Origin: an uncultured Candidatus Micrarchaeota archaeon
GTDB taxonomy: Archaea; Micrarchaeota; Micrarchaeia; Anstonellales; Bilamarchaeaceae
Direction: 5' to 3'
Assembly: GCA_963714085.1 (NCBI GenBank)
Contig: OY970229.1
Location: 992,001 to 1,056,000 of the forward strand
Length of the DNA: 64,000 bases
The number at the start of each line of letters is the position of its first letter. The stretch's first letter is position 1. The translations under genes were made by a program, and so were the position numbers. The notes beneath the pieces were generated by a model, which was not told where the DNA came from, did no database searches, and saw nothing but the letters and a program-made list of their open reading frames with translations. Shown in pieces: positions 58,742-64,000 of the stretch.

Positions 58742-59338
58742 ATGGAAGCAAGGCAGTTACCTCCAGGCACCAAGGCAAAACCATCTGCTAAAAGGCGGTT
58801 TTTTACACGGGTCCTGCCATTGGTCGCCGGGGCGGCTCTCCTGTGGTATGTACTCAGCCCGAAGTGGGGGCGCGACAAAAACGCAGGGACGAATGAAGCG
58901 ATCGCGGCGGCAGTGGAAAAAGCCAAAAAAATCGAACTTGTTGCTCCTGACAATTGCACCAAGAAAGCCGAGATATACTTCAGGGCTGGCATGGACGCCG
59001 AAGCCGCGAAGGTGGCTGATGACTGCAATGCCATATACCTCGCCCTGAACCTGCCGAAGGTGAGAGTTACCTCCATCGACGTCCAGAACCCGCTCGGCCA
59101 TCTGATTCTCAACTCGCCTCCTGGCGGCTGGAATCTGAAAGGCGTCGATTGGTGGGTCGCGCCCATCACAATATGCCTCAATGCGGGCTTTGACGAAAAG
59201 CTCGGTGATATATTCATGTCGCGCGGCGAGTACTGGCGGGCCGCAAGAGCTTACCATTCCGCAGGAGCCAAGGCAAAGGAAGAATCAGCCCGCCAGCAGG
59301 ACAGGTTGCAGTTTGAGAGGGATAATAAAAAGGAATGA
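58742..59338 (+). CDS. membrane-anchored hypothetical protein with TPR-like C-terminus
   Basis: TM VLPLVAGAALLWYVL; EKLGD....GEYWRAARAY. Confidence 0.65.
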   Translation: MEARQLPPGTKAKPSAKRRFFTRVLPLVAGAALLWYVLSPKWGRDKNAGTNEAIAAAVEKAKKIELVAPDNCTKKAEIYFRAGMDAEAAKVADDCNAIYLALNLPKVRVTSIDVQNPLGHLILNSPPGGWNLKGVDWWVAPITICLNAGFDEKLGDIFMSRGEYWRAARAYHSAGAKAKEESARQQDRLQFERDNKKE

Positions 59339-59354
59339 ACAATCGAACGGCGAA

Positions 59355-59948
59355 TCACAGCGGCTCCTGGCTGCCCGTCTTCTTGTACATGTAATGCAGG
59401 GCCGCGAGCCCGAACATGCCCACGACCAGTATCACGAGCACTATTATGCCGGACTGGTCCGGGGCTTGTATCGTCCTCTTGGTGACTATGGTCGTCACAT
59501 TGGCGAGCGGAGCCGGCTGGCTGACCTGAGACTGGTTGGCCTGCGGCTGGTTGGTTACGTTTTCCGGAGGCTGCACCGGCCGTGGCGCCGCCTGGCTTGT
59601 ATTCGTAACAGGGGTCTGCTGCGCCTTGCACACGCTCTTATTGCCGCAGATGTTCGGGACGGAGAGCTGGGCGCATTCCGCGCTCCTCTGTGATAATGCG
59701 ACCACAGGGCAGTTTATCACCATGCCGTCCGGCCTGTAGAACGTGGAGCCCGCGCCGGCCACTGACGAGACCGCTTCGACCACGTTGCCGCTGCAGATGT
59801 ACACTGCGGACACGTTGCCCTGGCCGCATTGGACGAGCGACACGTTCGCCGCGAAGCCCGCCCCGTTATCGCCTGATTGGACCTCGGCATGGCACATGGC
59901 CGCGAGGCAGAAAACCATCAACGCCGCTAAAAAGAGCTTTCTCATCAT
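59355..59948 (-). CDS. exported Cys-containing protein with C-terminal TM anchor
   Basis: Signal peptide, Cys pairs, Q/P-rich stalk, TM segment. Confidence 0.7.
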   Translation of the reverse strand: MMRKLFLAALMVFCLAAMCHAEVQSGDNGAGFAANVSLVQCGQGNVSAVYICSGNVVEAVSSVAGAGSTFYRPDGMVINCPVVALSQRSAECAQLSVPNICGNKSVCKAQQTPVTNTSQAAPRPVQPPENVTNQPQANQSQVSQPAPLANVTTIVTKRTIQAPDQSGIIVLVILVVGMFGLAALHYMYKKTGSQEPL

Positions 59949-59997
59949 GTTCCCCTCAATCGGTATATTGAAGACCAAGGATTATAACTTTATTTCT

Positions 59998-61167
59998 TCA
60001 TGGCTGTATCCATTCTATCTCGAAGTACTCGTAATCGCTTCCAGGGAGCGAGATGCGCCTTATCATGTACTGCGTGACTGAGGACTCCCTGTCCGATATG
60101 GCCATGATCATCTCCAGGCCGAACCTTCTGCACTCGTCTAGCGCGCCTGCCAGCTCCTCGCCGCCTATGTACTCGTCCTCGGTGAGCGAGTACATGAGGT
60201 ATTTCGGGCTTCCGTCCTTGGGCGTCTCTATGCCGCCGTCCCTGCGGTGGTAGAGGAGGAAGTCCAGCTGGGCGTGCTTGCGTTTGGACGACTTCGACTT
60301 GCCCGGGATCGCTAGTATGAACGTCTTCTTCACCGAGTGCGCGACCCTTATAGCGCGCGCCCATTCTGATATTATCATCTTAGCGCGGCGCGGGAACACG
60401 TGCAGCACGTGCTTGGAGTGCATCCAGTCTGCCTCCAGCCGCACGGGCGACGCACCCGGGAAGTATATCCTGAAATGGGTGCCGAACTTGAAGCCGCTCT
60501 TCACCACGTAGCCGCGCTTCATCCAGTCCTCGTAGACATCGTACATCTCGTCGAAGAACTTCAGGCGCTTGGAGGCTGCTAAGACCACCCTCCTGGGGTC
60601 CGAGTTCGCTAGCCTCAAGCCGCCGTGCTTCATGAGGAACACGGTCTCGTAGATGTCCAGCTTGGTTATCCTGCCACGGTGGGCGGCCTTGTACGTCCCG
60701 AATTGCCCTATCCAGTGCCGCTCGTAGAGCTCCCTGCCGACCACCTCGTCGTCCAGCACCGTGAGCAGGTCGTCCGGGAAGAACATGCCTTCGAACGAGT
60801 AGGCGTCCAGCTCCAGCTTGCCGCCGGTGTACTTCTTTATCGAGGTCCTTCCGTAGTTGCCGGTGGCCTCCTTAGCATCGCGGGCGATGAGCCCCTTGTC
60901 CCTCCAGTCCTTGTATGTGAGGTAGCGCGCCAGGAGCTTCCTCTCCTTGATGTAGACCGAGGCGAGGCCGTTGAACATGAGTGCGTTGCCCGCGTCGTCG
61001 TAGCACCTGCCGTTCCGTATGTCCATCACGTAGAGCGCTTCCTCTGGGGAAAGCGTGATCACTCCCTTTCTCATCTGGCCGTAGAAGCCGTTCTGCAACG
61101 AGGAGACGTCGGCCGGCTCCCTCACGCTCACCGAACGCTTTTTCCGGTCCAGCTCAAGCCTTATCAT
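59998..61167 (-). CDS. endA: tRNA-intron endonuclease, three-unit epsilon (ARMAN) type
   Basis: 389 aa; LSPEEALY, GQFGTYK loop, KSGFKFGTHFRIY, HS.H, RVAHSVKK, EIEW. Confidence 0.9.
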   Translation of the reverse strand: MIRLELDRKKRSVSVREPADVSSLQNGFYGQMRKGVITLSPEEALYVMDIRNGRCYDDAGNALMFNGLASVYIKERKLLARYLTYKDWRDKGLIARDAKEATGNYGRTSIKKYTGGKLELDAYSFEGMFFPDDLLTVLDDEVVGRELYERHWIGQFGTYKAAHRGRITKLDIYETVFLMKHGGLRLANSDPRRVVLAASKRLKFFDEMYDVYEDWMKRGYVVKSGFKFGTHFRIYFPGASPVRLEADWMHSKHVLHVFPRRAKMIISEWARAIRVAHSVKKTFILAIPGKSKSSKRKHAQLDFLLYHRRDGGIETPKDGSPKYLMYSLTEDEYIGGEELAGALDECRRFGLEMIMAISDRESSVTQYMIRRISLPGSDYEYFEIEWIQP

Positions 61168-61816
61168 GGAAACCATCCAGCAACTCAAGCGGGAACTCCG
61201 AGAAGCTGTCTATTATCTTGACGCATGGGCTATTTAAGGATTCCCTGGCAGGGGAATCGAAGCACACGAGGGCCATTCCCGCCCGTTTAGCCGATTCCGC
61301 GCCGACTATGGAGTCCTCCACCGCCACGCATTCGGCAGGGGGAAGCCCGAGCCGCTCCGCGGCCTTGAGGAAGATCTCGGGATGCGGCTTCCTGTTCCTC
61401 GCCTCCTCGCAGCCGACGATGGCGTCGAACTGTTTCAGCAGCCCGAATTTCCCCAATATCAGCTCGATGTTCTCCCTGTGGCCTCCGGAAGCTATGGCCG
61501 TCCGTATGCCCCTCCTCCTTATCTTCGTCAGGAACCTGCGCAGCCCCCGGGTCGGCCCCAGTCTGCCCTGCTCCACATAGGCGCTGAAAAGCTCCCTGCG
61601 CGACCTGACGAGCGCATCCAGGTCCGCTTGCACACCGTTCTCCTCGAGCAGACGCACTATTATGCTGTGCGAGCCGGTGCCTGCGAACTCCTTGTACCAG
61701 CGCCTCCGGTCTATGGAGATGCCCAAAGGGGCGAGAATTTCGCTGAAAGTCCGGTAGTGCAGCGGCTCGCTCTTCACTATCACTCCGTCGAAATCGAAAA
61801 CCACCGCCTGGTGCAT
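61154..61816 (-). CDS. HAD-superfamily phosphatase (beta-PGM-like)
   Basis: FDFDGVI, KPHP, VEDS..G; start reset to 61816. Confidence 0.9.
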   Translation of the reverse strand: MHQAVVFDFDGVIVKSEPLHYRTFSEILAPLGISIDRRRWYKEFAGTGSHSIIVRLLEENGVQADLDALVRSRRELFSAYVEQGRLGPTRGLRRFLTKIRRRGIRTAIASGGHRENIELILGKFGLLKQFDAIVGCEEARNRKPHPEIFLKAAERLGLPPAECVAVEDSIVGAESAKRAGMALVCFDSPARESLNSPCVKIIDSFSEFPLELLDGFHDKA

Positions 61817-61880
61817 GGCGCTGTTGAGGGTGGGAACTTTTTTAATCCATCCCGGGCATATCATGTGCAGGTGAAAATGG

Positions 61881-62603
61881 ATGAACAAGACTATTCTCCT
61901 CATGGTCGCCCTGCTGGCGGCATCGCTGTTTTTCCCAGGGTGCCTGGGCAAAGCGCCGGCCGCGAATAACGTTACCAATGTCACCCCCTCCACGCCGTCC
62001 GCGCCGGCCCCGTCCTTCATGATCACGGAACCGGCCCAGGGCGATTCCATAACAACGACCGATGACACGGCGAACGTCAGCGTCACGCTGTCGCCTTCGA
62101 ATCTCCGGGTCGAGCCCTCCGGCATGCCCAATGCCGCCGGAGAGGGGCATTTCGAGATAAGCATCGACGGCGGCGATTACTCGTCCCTCTACGAAAAGAG
62201 CTACACTGTCCCGGAGGTGCCCGTCGGCACGTACACGGTCGAGGTGCAGCTGGTGAACAACGACGGCACGCCATATTCGCCGCCAGTGACCCAGTCCGTG
62301 ACCTTCGCCGTGGTGCAGTCCCAGTCCTCGGTCTACACCCCGGAGACGTACAGCGTCTCCATAGGGAACTTCTCCTATTCCCCGGCCAGCCTCACCGTGA
62401 ACGTGGGTGACAGCATAAACTGGACGAACACGGGCGCATATCCGCGCTCCGCGACCAGCACCGGCAACTTCGACACCAAGGTGCTCGCGCCCGGGGCCTC
62501 GGTCGTCACGGTGATGTACGAGGAAGGCACGTTCGACTACTTCTCGCTGACCGATGTCGCGATGAAGGGGACCATAATCGTGGAGAGCAACAGCAGCGAC
62601 TAG
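61881..62603 (+). CDS. lipoprotein with Ig-like and cupredoxin-like domains
   Basis: FFPG-C lipobox; FSYSP..LTV.VGD.I.WTN...G.FDY....MKG.I.V. Confidence 0.75.
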   Translation: MNKTILLMVALLAASLFFPGCLGKAPAANNVTNVTPSTPSAPAPSFMITEPAQGDSITTTDDTANVSVTLSPSNLRVEPSGMPNAAGEGHFEISIDGGDYSSLYEKSYTVPEVPVGTYTVEVQLVNNDGTPYSPPVTQSVTFAVVQSQSSVYTPETYSVSIGNFSYSPASLTVNVGDSINWTNTGAYPRSATSTGNFDTKVLAPGASVVTVMYEEGTFDYFSLTDVAMKGTIIVESNSSD

Positions 62604-62875
62604 TACTCTATCTCCACTTCCCCTTTCTTTATTACGATCTGGCAGGCCAGGCGCTGGGTCGGGTAGGCGCCCATCTTCGCGAGCGTGAGCTCCTCCCGCT
62701 GCGTCTTGGGGTTCACGTTGTCCTTGCCCTTGGAGACCGAGCATATGCAGACCCCGCACTCGCCCTTGCCGCACCCGAAGAGCATGCCGCTCTTCTCCTG
62801 GGCGTAGGGCATCAGCGGGCTGTTGTCAGGGACTTCGAACTCTACCCCCTCGTTCCGTATGCGCACCTTGGCCAT
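62600..62875 (-). CDS. 2Fe-2S ferredoxin
   Basis: FGCGKGECGVC...RLACQ; start reset to 62875. Confidence 0.9.
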   Translation of the reverse strand: MAKVRIRNEGVEFEVPDNSPLMPYAQEKSGMLFGCGKGECGVCICSVSKGKDNVNPKTQREELTLAKMGAYPTQRLACQIVIKKGEVEIEY

Positions 62876-62877
62876 GC

Positions 62878-63510
62878 CTAATCCTCGAAAAGCTTCCTTT
62901 GCTTGATGGTATCCAGCGTCTTCCAGCGCTCCCTCACGAAAGGCTTCAGCCTCTCCCGCATGGGACCGTCTTTCAACGCGGCCCTGGTCTTGGGGTCCGA
63001 CGGGTAGCCAGAGCCGAAATCGCCCACCTGGGACTTTATCTGCTCGATTTTCGCGTCCCGCGTGAGCTTCGCGCAGATGGAAGCGGCTGCGACTATGGGG
63101 TAGGTCTCGTCGGCCTTGTGCTCGGCCTCGAACCTGCTGGCTCCGAAACGCTCCATGCGTTTCCTGAAGGTCCAGGCGTAGCGGTCCGGCATGTCTATCA
63201 TCAGGTCGCCTTCCTTCATTTGCTTGGCCAGGTCGGCCATGGCCTTGGCTTCTATGTCGTTGAGGTTCATCTCCGGCATGAGGCGGTTGAGGTCCGCGGC
63301 GCTTATCTCCACCCACCTGAATGAGCAGAACTTCTTGAGCTCGGCGTAGGCCTCCTCCCTCTGCTTGGCGCTGAGCTGCTTGCTATCCTTGCTGCAGAGC
63401 CTCTTGAGCGTCTTCTCCTTATTCCGGTCGCAAAATGCAGAACATACGACCAGCGGTCCGATTACCGAACCGCGGCCGGCTTCATCAATCCCAGCTATAT
63501 AGGAAAACAT
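62878..63510 (-). CDS. rnhB: ribonuclease HII
   Basis: GIDEAGRG, DSK.L, HKAD, AAASI.AK, GSGYPSDP. Confidence 0.96.
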   Translation of the reverse strand: MFSYIAGIDEAGRGSVIGPLVVCSAFCDRNKEKTLKRLCSKDSKQLSAKQREEAYAELKKFCSFRWVEISAADLNRLMPEMNLNDIEAKAMADLAKQMKEGDLMIDMPDRYAWTFRKRMERFGASRFEAEHKADETYPIVAAASICAKLTRDAKIEQIKSQVGDFGSGYPSDPKTRAALKDGPMRERLKPFVRERWKTLDTIKQRKLFED

Positions 63511-63518
63511 AAAAAAAA

Positions 63519-63776
63519 TCAGTAGGTCATGTTCCTCTTCTCGACGATCACGTAATCGCCGACCGCGAGGACCGACTCGTACTGGAGCCTGACCATGCCG
63601 TCTTCCTTCGGCATCTTCGTCGCCACCGAGCTGTCCGGGTTCGGCTCCACAAGGAGCGTCTCGATCTTCCCCGAAACCTCGTTAACGTTCAGGTCCACAA
63701 GCCTTCCGAAATCCTCGCCCTCGTTGGTCACAACCTTCTTTCCTGAGAGTTGCCTTGCAATCAGATACTTGGCCAT
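63519..63776 (-). CDS. PRC-barrel domain protein
   Basis: L.GK.V....G...G.L.D...N..SG.I, AVGDYVIV; AGGTGA SD. Confidence 0.88.
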   Translation of the reverse strand: MAKYLIARQLSGKKVVTNEGEDFGRLVDLNVNEVSGKIETLLVEPNPDSSVATKMPKEDGMVRLQYESVLAVGDYVIVEKRNMTY

Positions 63777-63850
63777 AATATTCACCTATGCGAACAATAC
63801 TAGGTTATTCGGATTCAAGTTTATAAATCTATCCTGATTTTCCGCGGCCT

Positions 63851-64000
63851 CTAGCCACTCCGGAAATCCAGCGTCCTGAGCCTGTTGGTCTTCATCTCAT
63901 ACACCGGAACCATGGCCGGGGTCGGCACATGGCCCTGCTTGACCTGGTACTCGGTGCGGTCCTGGAACGTGCCTGAGTTTATGAGCAGCGTGCCGCGGTA
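63851..64000 (-). CDS. DNA polymerase D small subunit (DP1), C-terminal end only
   Basis: Manual translation YRGTLLINSGTFQDRTEYQVKQGHVPTP...RLRTLDFRSG*. Confidence 0.85.
   Translation of the reverse strand, partial: YRGTLLINSGTFQDRTEYQVKQGHVPTPAMVPVYEMKTNRLRTLDFRSG

Noticed and set aside
54956..59338. Orphan genes beside tRNAs as an integrated element
   Set aside because: No integrase, no duplicated tRNA 3' end, and core genes folD/folC lie between

Overview
GC-rich archaeal chromosome segment, most likely from a DPANN Micrarchaeota-type organism. This assignment is an inference from a ~389-aa three-unit (epsilon-type) tRNA splicing endonuclease with the ARMAN-type GTYK loop, a doubly intron-split tRNA-Ile(UAU), and archaeal gene orders (psmB-aCPSF1; S19e-PDCD5-L39e-L31e-eIF6-LX-pfdA-ftsY). 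Housekeeping genes cover nucleotide, folate and lipid metabolism (pyrBI, tmk, thyX, prs, folD, folC, HMG-CoA synthase, GGR), RNA modification and four tRNAs, three of them intron-containing. They are interspersed with many orphan genes. The strongest candidates for new biology are: (1) a five-gene operon (24.5-36.7 kb) of large unknown proteins ending in a 1665-aa protein whose C-terminal half reads like a transmembrane beta-barrel, followed by a SecB-like small protein; (2) a 1603-aa polymorphic-toxin-like protein with a hydrophobic hairpin, two degenerate GGDEF-like palms and a C-terminal HicA RNase, with no HicB nearby; (3) an M23 metallopeptidase; (4) tandem double-FHA membrane proteins; (5) an in-frame pfdA-ftsY fusion through a CGA where TGA is expected. 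No CRISPR array, rRNA, integrase or transposase was seen. All family calls are by-eye motif recognition, not database searches.
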